The notes beneath the pieces were generated by a model that was not told the origin of the DNA, did no database searches, and was given only the letters and a program-made list of their open reading frames with translations. Below, one piece after another: positions 1 to 10,134 of a stretch of DNA of 64,000 nt. This stretch comes from an uncultured Bacteroidia bacterium. Lineage in GTDB: Bacteria > Bacteroidota > Bacteroidia > J057 > CALLMJ01. Within the stretch, counting starts at the first letter, position 1. The number at the start of each line of letters is the position of its first letter. A program made the position numbers and the translations under genes. The stretch is taken from the NCBI GenBank assembly GCA_938005475.1, contig CALLNY010000031.1, positions 1 to 64,000 of the forward strand, read 5' to 3'.

Positions 1-2
1 AT

Positions 3-2522
3 GTGGTGGATGCGGATGGTTGTGCATTACCTCAAGCATCGGCTACGGTAACTGTAAAGCCTGAACCCACTATTGCTTCCATAACAGGAAATAACACAGT
101 TTGTAATGGGCAACAAGTAACTTTGACAGCGACCAGTGCCCCTCCAGGTGCTACTTTCCAATGGTCTGGACTCACGACCGGTACAGGCTCCTCTATTACC
201 TTTACCCCCGCAACAGATGGCTTCGTATTGGTTACTCCTACTTTAAATGGTTGTGTAGGGAATCCCGATAGTATCTATGTAACGATTACACCTCCTCCTG
301 TTGGAGCAATTACTCAAAAGCCTGCTGGTGCTATTTGTGAAGGGCAATCCGTATGGTTAGTTGCAAGTGGCGGTAAATCTTATGAATGGAGAACTACTCC
401 TGCAGGTCCCGTGATTTCTACGGATGATTCTATCTTTGTAACACCTTCAACGACTACTACTTATTACATAACACCTTTCTTTGATGGTTGCCCCGGCACC
501 CAAGTTTCTCATACTGTAACAGTGAATCCAATTCCAGCGGCACCTACGGCAAGTGGCACGACGATATGCAGTGGCAATACAGCAACCTTAACAGCAACCG
601 CACCCGCTAACGCACAATTTGATTGGTACAACCAAGCTACTGGTGGAACCTTATTACAAACTGGTTCAAGTTATACGACCCCTGTATTAACGAGTACGAC
701 AACATATTACGTAGAAGCTATCATATCAGGCTGTACAAGCAGTAGAACAGCGGTATTAGTAACGGTGAATCCAATTCCAGCGGCACCTACGGCAAGTGGC
801 ACGACGATATGCAGTGGTAATACAGCAACCTTAACAGCAACCGCACCCGCTAACGCACAATTTGATTGGTATGACGCAGCCACTGGCGGTACATTATTAC
901 AAGCGAACTCATCCAGTTATACAACACCAGTATTAACGAGTACGACAACGTATTACGTAGAAGCAATCATATCAGGTTGTACAAGCAGTAGAACAGCGGT
1001 AACAGTTACTGTAAATCCTACTCCAGCGGCACCTACTGCAAGTGGGACAACGATATGTAGTGGTAGTACTGCAACATTAACGGCAACGGCTCCTGGGGGT
1101 GCACAATTTGATTGGTATGACGCAGCCACTGGAGGTACTTTATTGCAAGCCAATAGTTCCAGTTATACAACACCAGTATTAACGAATACGACAACGTATT
1201 ACGTAGAAGCGATCATATCAGGTTGTACCAGTACTACAAGAACCGCTGTAACGGTAACGGTGAATCCTGTACCTGTTACTCCTATTGTGAGTGATACTGC
1301 AATATGCGGAGGTAATTCTATATTCTTAACGGCTAATGTGCCTGTTGGTGTAGGGGTTCAATGGTATACGGTAGCAACGGGTGGTACGCCTGTATCAACT
1401 AGTAATCCTTATGTAACGCCTATCATTACCTCCAGCACGACCTATTACGTGGAAAGTGTATTAAATGGTTGTACGAGTGCAAGAGTGCCTTTGAATATTA
1501 CGGTAATACCTTTACCTCCTAGCCCGGTTGCGAATGGTACTACTATATGTAGTGGTAACACTGTAACCTTAACAGCAACGGGAATGGGTACCATTTTGTG
1601 GTATGATAATGTAACAAGTACAACGCCGGTTCAAACAGGTACAAGTTATGATACTCCAATACTAAATCAGACGACTACCTATTATTTGGAAAATGTGGTA
1701 GGGCAGTGTACCTCTGAACGAGTTGCGGTTACGGTGATAGTAACGCCAACGCCAGATGCACCTGTAATAAGCCCTGTTGTTATTTGTAAGGGACAAGCGG
1801 CATTTATCAATTTAGGGTCTGTTCCTGGTTTAACTGTGGCTTGGTACGACGTTAATGGAAATTTCATTAGGAATGGTAATAGCCTTCTGACCACACCTTT
1901 AATGAATGATACCATTTTCTTCGTGGAATATTTCAGCGGTAACTGTACATCCAGTCGTGTAAGTGTAGGAGTAAGTGTATCGGATAATCCTGTTGCAAGT
2001 TTTTATACGAATCCTCCCAAAGATAGTGTAGTAAGTGGCTTAAGTCATGAATATGAATTTATCAATACCTCTCAGAATGGAACTCGTTATGTATGGTACT
2101 TTGGTGATGGAGATAGTTTAAGAACGAATAGTTTAACGGGTGTAACACATGTATACAAACCGGGAGTTTATTATCCCATGTTGTATGTGTATAATGATGC
2201 AGGTTGTTGGGATAGTGTAAGTTACGGACCAATAGAAGTTACGGATAAATGGACGTTATGGATACCCAGTGGCTTTACACCTAATAATGATGGAGTAAAT
2301 GACTACTTTGAAATCAAATACATCGGTATTCAAGCGTTAGAGACTGAAATTTATGATCGGTGGGGTAGAGCTGTTTATGTTAATGATAATAAGGGTGTAT
2401 TTTGGGATGGTAGTCATCAAAACTTACCTTGTCCTGAGGGAGTTTACACATACCATATCAAAGCAAGAACGCTCGATAACAAGTTGATTAAACGCACTGG
2501 AACGATAACGTTAATACGCTAA
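3..2522 (+). CDS. 5'-truncated large cell-surface adhesin with tandem ~80-aa Ig-like/HYR-type repeat domains, a PKD-like domain and a T9SS type-B (gliding-motility-associated) C-terminal sorting domain
   Basis: The ORF is open from the window edge. It carries recurring modules of the form NPxPxxPxxSGTTICSGNTATLTATAP...FDWY...TTYYVEA...GCTS. A PKD-like YxFxDGDS motif (YVWYFGDGDS) follows. The C-terminal ~90 aa carry the type-B CTD signature TPNNDGVNDYFEI...YDRWG. A rho-independent terminator follows at 2546-2578. Confidence 0.7.
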   Translation: MVDADGCALPQASATVTVKPEPTIASITGNNTVCNGQQVTLTATSAPPGATFQWSGLTTGTGSSITFTPATDGFVLVTPTLNGCVGNPDSIYVTITPPPVGAITQKPAGAICEGQSVWLVASGGKSYEWRTTPAGPVISTDDSIFVTPSTTTTYYITPFFDGCPGTQVSHTVTVNPIPAAPTASGTTICSGNTATLTATAPANAQFDWYNQATGGTLLQTGSSYTTPVLTSTTTYYVEAIISGCTSSRTAVLVTVNPIPAAPTASGTTICSGNTATLTATAPANAQFDWYDAATGGTLLQANSSSYTTPVLTSTTTYYVEAIISGCTSSRTAVTVTVNPTPAAPTASGTTICSGSTATLTATAPGGAQFDWYDAATGGTLLQANSSSYTTPVLTNTTTYYVEAIISGCTSTTRTAVTVTVNPVPVTPIVSDTAICGGNSIFLTANVPVGVGVQWYTVATGGTPVSTSNPYVTPIITSSTTYYVESVLNGCTSARVPLNITVIPLPPSPVANGTTICSGNTVTLTATGMGTILWYDNVTSTTPVQTGTSYDTPILNQTTTYYLENVVGQCTSERVAVTVIVTPTPDAPVISPVVICKGQAAFINLGSVPGLTVAWYDVNGNFIRNGNSLLTTPLMNDTIFFVEYFSGNCTSSRVSVGVSVSDNPVASFYTNPPKDSVVSGLSHEYEFINTSQNGTRYVWYFGDGDSLRTNSLTGVTHVYKPGVYYPMLYVYNDAGCWDSVSYGPIEVTDKWTLWIPSGFTPNNDGVNDYFEIKYIGIQALETEIYDRWGRAVYVNDNKGVFWDGSHQNLPCPEGVYTYHIKARTLDNKLIKRTGTITLIR

Positions 2523-2545
2523 TAATGAACACTTGAATTATTAAA

Positions 2546-2578
2546 AGCCGCCTAATATTTAGGTGGCTTTTTAGTTTT
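2546..2578 (+). terminator. Rho-independent terminator downstream of the adhesin gene
   Basis: A GC-containing hairpin (AAGCCGCCTAA-TATT-TAGGTGGCTT) is followed by a T-run. Confidence 0.55.
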
Positions 2579-2624
2579 GTAATTTTATTTACTATTTTTG
2601 TAAGAGCGTTTAAATGACAATTTT

Positions 2625-2996
2625 GTGTTACTACAAATTATTTACGTAGCAATCGGGGGAGCAATTGGGAGTATATTTAGATATCTTCTATCTAATCCGA
2701 TCAATATAACTTTTAAAGAAACGTTTCCATTAGGGACTTTTATTGTCAATTTATTGGGATGTTTTCTGATAGGTATTTTGGTAGGTTTATTTGAAAAACA
2801 GGTTTTGTCCAATCCTCTCTATAAACTTCTCTTCATTACTGGTTTTTGTGGTGGTTTTACTACTTTTTCTACTTACGCTTACGAAAGTATTCAACTTTTT
2901 AACCTTCAACAGTTCTTCACTTTGTTTTTTTATGTATTTTTAAGTAATGTAGCAGGATTTCTGCTTGCTATGTTAGGGCTCTATTTAACAAAATAA
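2625..2996 (+). CDS. crcB: Fluoride ion channel CrcB/FluC
   Basis: The 123-aa protein has 4 TM segments and the characteristic GGxxGxxxRY and GFCGGFTTFSTY motifs. The start as listed is GTG. Confidence 0.8.
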   Translation: MLLQIIYVAIGGAIGSIFRYLLSNPINITFKETFPLGTFIVNLLGCFLIGILVGLFEKQVLSNPLYKLLFITGFCGGFTTFSTYAYESIQLFNLQQFFTLFFYVFLSNVAGFLLAMLGLYLTK

Positions 2997-3188
2997 TTTT
3001 GGGCACAAAAAGTACTTTATGATGGAAAGTAAAAAACCTAATCATAAGAATTCGTAAAAACAAAATATTTTGATTTGAGGGATATTTTTTGTATATTTGC
3101 TTTTGAAGAAATGGTATTTTAATTTATCATACAGATTTAAGAACTATATTGTTAAAATTTCGTTCATTTAGAAATATAAAGATTTTTC

Positions 3189-6158
3189 ATGAAAAAAATT
3201 GTAATTTTGTTTTGGTGTTTTTATTATACGCTTAACATTTACGCTACTCATATCGTAGGAGCTGATTTGTATTACACTTGCCTTGGCAATCATTTATATG
3301 AAATTACTTTGAAGATGTACAGAGATTGTTTAAAAGGGGAAGCCCCTTACGATAGACCCATTTATCTATTTATTTTTCAGAATTCAAATCCACAAAACTA
3401 TACCATTTACGAGATGTATCCCGATACGGTGCCTGTGAGTTTATCGTGGCAGGGCTGTCTTCCTAATCCACCAAATTTATGTATCTCCGAAGGAACTTAT
3501 AAATTAAGAGTGTATTTACCACCTCGGATAAAAGGTTACGACATAGCCTGGGCTAGGTGTTGTAGGAATTATGCTATCACAAACTTAACAAAACCATTAG
3601 AACGGGGAGTTACTTTCTTGGCTACCATTCCTGGTGTAGAAGTTCTAAATCAAAACTCTTGCAATTCTATGCCAATTTTTAGAAATAGACCTTCTTCTTT
3701 TATTTGTGTAAATCAAGATTATTATTTTGATCACGGAGCCGTAGACCCTGATGGGGATTCGTTAGTTTATGAAATTTCTAATCCTTTTGATGGCACTAAT
3801 ACTCAGGGAAGAGGAGTATTTAATTCTACTGTATATCCTGGTACCTCTCCGGTTGTAAATGCAAATAATCCATTAGGTTACAAGCCTTACAATAATGTCC
3901 CGTTTGCCCCTGGCTTTTCTTATCTAAACCCTTTCGGTAACAATCAAATTTCTATTGACTCCCAAACAGGTTTACTTCGTATTCGCCCTGGTATGCCAGG
4001 TATTTTTGTGATGGCTTTATCCGTGAAAGAATACCGTAATGGCATTCTACTAAGTGAAAACAAGAGAGATATTCAAATACATGTGCTAAATTGTCTTGCC
4101 CCTGACCCTCCCCCTCTTATTTCGCATGACTTTGGTAATTTGCCTCATAATGGTGATACTTTGTTTGTAAATGCGAATCAGAATTTTTGTTATAATGTAA
4201 TTGTTACCGATACAGGTTCCAATCCTATTTTAGAGGCTTTTCCTGCGAATAACGCTTTTGGAGGAACAGGATTTATTCCCCCTTTTGCTTCGTTGACCGT
4301 GTCAGGAAATAATCCACTTATTGCCAAAGTTTGCTGGAAACCTACTTGTGATTACGCTAATCAAATTATTCCTATTGTGGTTGGAGCAAAAGATAAAAGC
4401 GAATGTTTAAACCATAACCCTATCTTTGATACTATCTTCGTAAAAATTACAGCTCCTTATCTTCCGCCCCCTACGGTCACTTTTGATCTCAACGGTACAA
4501 CCTATTCTAATGATACCATCTTCGCATGGTTAGATGGTAATCTTTGTTTTAAGTTCAGTATTATTAACCCTCCTAATGTGGGAGCTAACAACATTACTTA
4601 CGATTACGAATTTTCTAACTATGGTTCTTCACCTCCTACTGTTTCCGATATCCTCAGGATTGGAGATACTTTAAGTGGTAGAATGTGTTGGACACCCAAT
4701 TGCGATGTTCTCCAAGATACGGTTGTAGTAACGGTTATAGGTAGAAATCAAGATTTATGCCCACCGAACAATCAGTCTCAAAATCAAATTTTTATAGTAG
4801 TTCAACAACCTTTTAACCCGCCCCCAACTCTCATCCATGATTATACCGGTTTAATCTTAGTTGGTGATACTATTCAAACAGTATTAGATTCTACAATATG
4901 TTTTACTTTTGAGTTAAGGGATACTTTACCTGCTTCTCGTTTGGATGTACGAGTGAAAGCTGAGCTCATATCGGGAAATACTTTAAATACTCCTTCTTTG
5001 CAAATTCTTGACAAACAAGATACTTTGATTGTAGGAAGAATCTGCTGGAAACCAGGTTGTGAAGCAGTAGAACAAAAAGTTAGAATTGTTGTTGTGGGAT
5101 TGGATTCTTCATTATGTTTGTTAGATTATGAATTGATGGATACGAGTTACGTTTATGTGAAAGGTCCTGAAAACTTACCCCCTGTAATAAATTACAATTT
5201 GGGTAATCAAAATTTGAGTAATGATACTTTATTTTTGAATGTCAAACAGAATGGTTGTTTTGAGGTAACATTAATCGATGTTCAACCTGATGTTGTCGGA
5301 ACCCTACAAGTTCAAACAGAGAATTCATTAGGTATAAATCTTCAAGTGATAAGCAATGAAGGTGGTATATTGAAAGCCATTGGTTGTTTTAAGCCTGGTT
5401 GTGAAGTTTTGAATCAAACGGTGTTGATAAAACTGATAGGTAGTAAAAAGTTTGATTGCGCCCCAACGCTCTATGATGTAGATAGTTTTTATATTCAAAT
5501 TTTAGAGCCTGAAAATAACCCTCCTATGATACGGCATATTTTTCAGACTCCTGAAGTTGCTCCAAATACGATTAGCGTAGAACCTGGACAAAAAATTTGC
5601 TATACCATTGAACTTATAGACCCTGATTCTTTGGCTTTATTAAATGTGCAAGGTTTAACTGCAATGTTTGAACCGAACTATGGCTACGGTGGTAACGCTG
5701 TTTTTATAGATACTATCATCACACCGAATCGACTAACCGTTAACATTTGTATGACACCTAATTGTTATTCACGTAAAGTTACAGAGACCTTAGTTGTGTG
5801 CGGTTATGATACTACCACTTGCTCCGAGAAATATGTTGTTTGTGATACGATTACCTTACAAATCAGGGATTGCTTGTTGAGTTTTCCGAATGTGTTCACT
5901 CCTAATGGAGATGGGGTGAATGATTATTTTCAACCATTTGCATTGGAAGGTATTCTTAACTACAAAATGAAAATTTATGATCGTTGGGGCGAACTTCAGT
6001 ATGAAACTGACAACTCAGGAAAATGGAACGGTAATAGACCTAATGGCAAACCTTGCGTGGAAGGGGTTTACTTTTTTGTGTTAGATTTTACTTTGCATCA
6101 CGGAACCGGTGCTCCTATTACTGGTAGATTTTTTAACCATTTTACATTATTACGTTAA
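3189..6158 (+). CDS. Large secreted surface protein (989 aa) with N-terminal signal peptide, at least five internal cysteine-motif modules and a T9SS type-B C-terminal sorting domain
   Basis: The N-terminus MKKIVILFWCFYYTLNIYA is signal-like. A [IV]C[WFM][KT]P[TNG]C[DEY] motif recurs roughly every 110-120 aa. The C-terminus carries FPNVFTPNGDGVNDYFQP...KIYDRWG. Confidence 0.7.
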   Translation: MKKIVILFWCFYYTLNIYATHIVGADLYYTCLGNHLYEITLKMYRDCLKGEAPYDRPIYLFIFQNSNPQNYTIYEMYPDTVPVSLSWQGCLPNPPNLCISEGTYKLRVYLPPRIKGYDIAWARCCRNYAITNLTKPLERGVTFLATIPGVEVLNQNSCNSMPIFRNRPSSFICVNQDYYFDHGAVDPDGDSLVYEISNPFDGTNTQGRGVFNSTVYPGTSPVVNANNPLGYKPYNNVPFAPGFSYLNPFGNNQISIDSQTGLLRIRPGMPGIFVMALSVKEYRNGILLSENKRDIQIHVLNCLAPDPPPLISHDFGNLPHNGDTLFVNANQNFCYNVIVTDTGSNPILEAFPANNAFGGTGFIPPFASLTVSGNNPLIAKVCWKPTCDYANQIIPIVVGAKDKSECLNHNPIFDTIFVKITAPYLPPPTVTFDLNGTTYSNDTIFAWLDGNLCFKFSIINPPNVGANNITYDYEFSNYGSSPPTVSDILRIGDTLSGRMCWTPNCDVLQDTVVVTVIGRNQDLCPPNNQSQNQIFIVVQQPFNPPPTLIHDYTGLILVGDTIQTVLDSTICFTFELRDTLPASRLDVRVKAELISGNTLNTPSLQILDKQDTLIVGRICWKPGCEAVEQKVRIVVVGLDSSLCLLDYELMDTSYVYVKGPENLPPVINYNLGNQNLSNDTLFLNVKQNGCFEVTLIDVQPDVVGTLQVQTENSLGINLQVISNEGGILKAIGCFKPGCEVLNQTVLIKLIGSKKFDCAPTLYDVDSFYIQILEPENNPPMIRHIFQTPEVAPNTISVEPGQKICYTIELIDPDSLALLNVQGLTAMFEPNYGYGGNAVFIDTIITPNRLTVNICMTPNCYSRKVTETLVVCGYDTTTCSEKYVVCDTITLQIRDCLLSFPNVFTPNGDGVNDYFQPFALEGILNYKMKIYDRWGELQYETDNSGKWNGNRPNGKPCVEGVYFFVLDFTLHHGTGAPITGRFFNHFTLLR

Positions 6159-6334
6159 AATACCTTTTCCATCACAAAAAGAGTATTGTTATTATCGTAG
6201 AATTATAAATTTTCTAATTCATTGGATGACCTCATATCATGGATTTTGAGTTATTGTTAAATTTTATTTTCAAAATCACCAGAATTAAACGTTTTTTTTT
6301 AGAATTTTGTTGTTCAACACATCCTATAAAGTTT

Positions 6335-7426
6335 ATGAGCAAGCTGGGCAAGGTATTAGTAGCAATGAGTGGGGGCATAGATAGTTCCGTTGCGGCGGTC
6401 ATGTTGCATGAACAAGGCTATGAATTAGTGGGGATTACTATGAAAACATGGGACTATGCGACTTCAGGAGGCTCAAAAAAAGAAACGGGCTGTTGCAGTT
6501 TAGATTCTATTAACGATGCTCGTGACGTGGCTGTTCGCTTAGGTTTCCCCCATTATGTATTAGATATACGAGAAGAATTTGGAGAATCTGTCATTAACAA
6601 TTTCGTTGATGAGTATCTAGCTGGAAGAACTCCAAACCCGTGTGTGATTTGTAATACTTACATTAAATGGGAAGCACTCCTCAAAAGAGCAGAGCTTTTA
6701 GGTTGTGAATACCTTGCTACTGGTCATTATGCCAATAAACGTGAAGAAAATGGGCGATGGGTCGTCTCAAAAGGCATAGACCACCACAAGGACCAATCTT
6801 ACGTTTTATGGGGTTTAAGTCAAAGTGCATTGAAAAGAACCCTTTTTCCTATGGGTCTATATAAAAAAGAAACTATTCGTGAGATGGCTAAAGCAATGGG
6901 CTTCTATAACTTAGTAAATAAATCTGAATCTTATGAAATATGTTTTATACCAGATAACGATTATCGCAGTTTCTTGAAACGTAAAAGACCCGAATTAACT
7001 TCTTATTTAAAAAATGGCAATTTTGTTTTGTCCAATGGTGAGATTGTGGGAAAACATGAGGGATATCCTTTTTATACAGTTGGGCAAAGAAAGGGACTTA
7101 TTCCAATGGGCGAACCTTACTATGTAATTGACATCAAGCCTGAAACGAACACCGTAGTTATCGGAAAAAAAGAGGAGTTACTACAAAATTATACGAAGGT
7201 ACGAGGTCTTAATTTAATAAAGTATGATAACTTATATGAAGAACACTTGACTGTTACTAAAATTCGTTATAAACATGAAGGTGCAGCTGCCACAGTAAAA
7301 CAAATTGATGAAAATCATGCGGAAGTTATATTTCATGAACCTGTAGAAGCTATAACACCGGGACAATCGGCTGTTTTTTATGAAGGAGACGATGTACTCG
7401 GAGGGGGGTGGATAATGAAGAAATAA
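6335..7426 (+). CDS. mnmA: tRNA-specific 2-thiouridylase MnmA
   Basis: A PP-loop (SGGIDSS) is present. Conserved MnmA blocks include GITMKTWDY, CCSLDSINDARDVAVRLGFPHYVLD and DQSYVLW. The ORF-track start at 6239 adds a 32-aa non-conserved extension, so the internal ATG at 6335 (MSKLGKVLVAMSGG) is preferred. Confidence 0.85.
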   Translation: MSKLGKVLVAMSGGIDSSVAAVMLHEQGYELVGITMKTWDYATSGGSKKETGCCSLDSINDARDVAVRLGFPHYVLDIREEFGESVINNFVDEYLAGRTPNPCVICNTYIKWEALLKRAELLGCEYLATGHYANKREENGRWVVSKGIDHHKDQSYVLWGLSQSALKRTLFPMGLYKKETIREMAKAMGFYNLVNKSESYEICFIPDNDYRSFLKRKRPELTSYLKNGNFVLSNGEIVGKHEGYPFYTVGQRKGLIPMGEPYYVIDIKPETNTVVIGKKEELLQNYTKVRGLNLIKYDNLYEEHLTVTKIRYKHEGAAATVKQIDENHAEVIFHEPVEAITPGQSAVFYEGDDVLGGGWIMKK

Positions 7427-7504
7427 ATTTTTTAATAAGATTTTTGTTTAACTTGCCAACTAAGTAAAACTATTTTTAATTTTGCATTTTATTTCAAACC
7501 AAAA

Positions 7505-8455
7505 ATGCAAAATAACCAATTTAGTGTAAATCAAGAACTTGCAAAATTATGGAATCATAGAAAAACGATTTTGGTTTTTACATTCTCCGTCGGCATATTA
7601 GTAGCATTAATTACATTATTTTTTGATGACGAATACTCTTCTAATGCTATTTTTATACCCCCCAATTTCAGTGACGTCAAATCTATGACCTATACCAAAT
7701 CTAGACCTTTATCAGTAGGTGCAGGTGGAGACATGGACATAGAAAGGATGATTACTATTCTTAGTTCTGATAATGTAAACCATCATATAATTAAAAAATT
7801 TAATCTTTATCAACACTATGACATAGATACTTCTAATAAAAAATCCGCATACAAAAAAGTTATTTCAAAATTAGAAGATAATATCAAGATTTCTACTATG
7901 AAATATACTGCTGTTCAGGTGTTAGTTTATGATAAAGACCCTAAAATGGCTCGCGATATTGCCGCGGAATATATACTGATTGCTGACTCTCTCATAGAAT
8001 CGATGGCAAAAAGAAAAGAAAACCTTGAAAATTTGAACCGAAACATAGAAGAACTTGTTTTAGAAAAACAAAAAATTATAGATTCTTTAAAGTACTATCG
8101 AAAAAACTACAAAGTTTATCATTTTGATGATATGTCTGATGGAATAGCTAACCTCCTTGCCCCCAAAATCAATGACCCATGGTTTGCTGAACTTTATGAT
8201 AAAGTTTATGGATTAGAAATTCGTTTAAATCGTCTTGATGATTTGTATAACCTTATGTTAGAAGAGCAAGAATTACGCCGAAGACACCTAGAAGCAGTTC
8301 CCAGTTTGATAGATGTTGTCAGTGTGCCTTTAATTCCTATTGTGAAAGCAAGACCGCAAAGATTACTTATTATTGCGAGTAGTATGTTTTTAGCTTTTGT
8401 GGTAGTTTGTTTATATGTAATCTTCAAAGAACAAGAAAAAGTATATGTCATTTAA
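7505..8455 (+). CDS. Polysaccharide chain-length determinant (Wzz-like) family membrane protein
   Basis: An N-terminal TM follows a short cytoplasmic segment. A long coiled-coil periplasmic region and a C-terminal TM (RPQRLLIIASSMFLAFVVVCLYVIF) follow. This topology is typical of the Wzz/PCP family. Confidence 0.45.
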   Translation: MQNNQFSVNQELAKLWNHRKTILVFTFSVGILVALITLFFDDEYSSNAIFIPPNFSDVKSMTYTKSRPLSVGAGGDMDIERMITILSSDNVNHHIIKKFNLYQHYDIDTSNKKSAYKKVISKLEDNIKISTMKYTAVQVLVYDKDPKMARDIAAEYILIADSLIESMAKRKENLENLNRNIEELVLEKQKIIDSLKYYRKNYKVYHFDDMSDGIANLLAPKINDPWFAELYDKVYGLEIRLNRLDDLYNLMLEEQELRRRHLEAVPSLIDVVSVPLIPIVKARPQRLLIIASSMFLAFVVVCLYVIFKEQEKVYVI

Positions 8456-8464
8456 AATCTTTGT

Positions 8465-10099
8465 ATGAACAAAACTTCCAGTGATGAAGAGTTATATGAT
8501 TACGTAGTAATTGGAAGTGGTTTTGGTGGAGCGGTCTCTGCTATGCGTCTTGCTGAAAAAGGTTATAAAGTACTCGTTATAGAGAAGGGCAAACAATGGG
8601 ATAATCAAGATTTCCCTAAATCAAATTGGAATATAAAAAAATTTTTGTGGATTCCGTTCTTAAAATTTTTTGGTTTTCAACAACTTACCTTTTTTAAGGA
8701 GGTATTTATTTTAAGTGGAGTGGGGTTGGGAGGCGGTTCATTAGTTTATGCCAATACTCACATGGTTCCTGATAAAAAGGTTTTCCAAAACCCTGCATGG
8801 TCTTCCAAGATTAACTGGGAAAATGATTTATACCCTTTTTATGAGGTAGCCCAAAAAATGTTGGGAACCACTGTTTATCCTGAGGAAGCAATTGAAGATA
8901 GCTACTTAAAAGAAGTTGCTAAAGATTTTGGTAGAGAAAATACTTATCAACAAGTACCTGTTGGTGTATACTTTGGAGAAGTTGAAACTGCAAAAGATCC
9001 CTATTTCAATGGATTAGGTCCGTTAAGAAAAGGATGTATTCGTTGTGCTGGATGCATGGTAGGTTGTAGATTTAATGCAAAAAATACATTAGATAAAAAT
9101 TATCTTTTTTTCGCCCAGTATTATGGAGCCAAATTCCTCGTAGAACAAAAAGTAGAAAAAATACAATGGAGCGATACAACACAAGAATATACTATTTTCA
9201 CAAAAGGTACTGCCAAACCAAAACAAACCTATACTGTTCGAACAAAAGGTATTGTGGTAAGTGCGGGAGTGTTGGGAAGTATGGAATTGTTACTTGCACA
9301 AAAATATCACTACAAAACTTTGCCTAATTTATCAGACCGCCTTGGAGAACAAATTCGGACTAACTCTGAAATGATTGCAGGCGTCGTTTGTACAGAAAAA
9401 AAAGTTAACAATGGGGTTGCAATAACTTCAGTTTTTAATGCGGATGAAAATACGCATGTTGAGGTGGTGAAATATCCTGATGGTTCTGGTTTAATGGCTA
9501 GACTTGGTGTATTAGCTACGGGCAATGGATCTCCGATTGTAAGAACGATTAAACTACTCGGGAATATTATTACGCAACCTATTGCTTTCTTAAAAACTTT
9601 TTTCAATCTTAAGGGTGCTTCCAATACCGTCATATTGCTTATTATGCAATCGTTAGATAGCTCCCTTAAAATGAAATGGAAAAAAAGTTTATGGGGAAAT
9701 CTCTATTTTGAAAGTGAAAAAGGAAAAAAAATTCCTTCGTTCATTGAAATGGGTCAAAGAGTTTTATTTGCTTATGCACGAAAAGCTAAAGGTATTCCGA
9801 TGAATTCTGCTCCAGAAGTGTTATTGGGTATGAGTACGACTGCCCATATTTTAGGGGGTGCTTCTATGGGAGAAACTCACGAGCAAGGTGTTATTAATGA
9901 AAACTTTCAAGTACATGGTTATCCAAATATGTACATTTTAGATGGATCTGTGATTCAAACCAATCTAGGTGTAAATCCTAGTCTTACTATAACTGCTTTA
10001 GCCGAGTTTGCTATGTCTAAAATTCCTGATCATCCAGAGAACACTTACCCAAAATTAGAAGATTTGATGAGAATAAATGAAATTAAAAGAAGCAACTAA
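8465..10099 (+). CDS. GMC-family FAD-dependent oxidoreductase (cholesterol-oxidase-like)
   Basis: The N-terminal Rossmann FAD motif is DYVVIGSGFGGAVSAMRLAEKGYKVLVIEKG. The C-terminal GMC signature is HILGGASMG...DGSV. Confidence 0.7.
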   Translation: MNKTSSDEELYDYVVIGSGFGGAVSAMRLAEKGYKVLVIEKGKQWDNQDFPKSNWNIKKFLWIPFLKFFGFQQLTFFKEVFILSGVGLGGGSLVYANTHMVPDKKVFQNPAWSSKINWENDLYPFYEVAQKMLGTTVYPEEAIEDSYLKEVAKDFGRENTYQQVPVGVYFGEVETAKDPYFNGLGPLRKGCIRCAGCMVGCRFNAKNTLDKNYLFFAQYYGAKFLVEQKVEKIQWSDTTQEYTIFTKGTAKPKQTYTVRTKGIVVSAGVLGSMELLLAQKYHYKTLPNLSDRLGEQIRTNSEMIAGVVCTEKKVNNGVAITSVFNADENTHVEVVKYPDGSGLMARLGVLATGNGSPIVRTIKLLGNIITQPIAFLKTFFNLKGASNTVILLIMQSLDSSLKMKWKKSLWGNLYFESEKGKKIPSFIEMGQRVLFAYARKAKGIPMNSAPEVLLGMSTTAHILGGASMGETHEQGVINENFQVHGYPNMYILDGSVIQTNLGVNPSLTITALAEFAMSKIPDHPENTYPKLEDLMRINEIKRSN

Positions 10100-10134
10100 C
10101 ATATGGGCTAGCTGCTTTGGATTTTTAAGTTACC

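Noticed and set aside
2523-2624. Possible fluoride riboswitch upstream of crcB
   Set aside because: crcB genes are commonly preceded by a fluoride (crcB-motif) riboswitch. The 100-nt leader here shows only the upstream gene's terminator hairpin and AT-rich sequence. No GGxGAUGG...CCGCC...CUGAUGAUxCCUAC-type conserved core could be found by eye. The gene also appears to use a GTG start.
6239-6334. N-terminal extension of mnmA from the ORF-track start
   Set aside because: The 32 extra residues are non-conserved and basic or odd (FLEFCCSTHP). A canonical MnmA N-terminus begins at the internal ATG at 6335. The same reasoning applies to the 29-aa extension of sucB (60649-60735).
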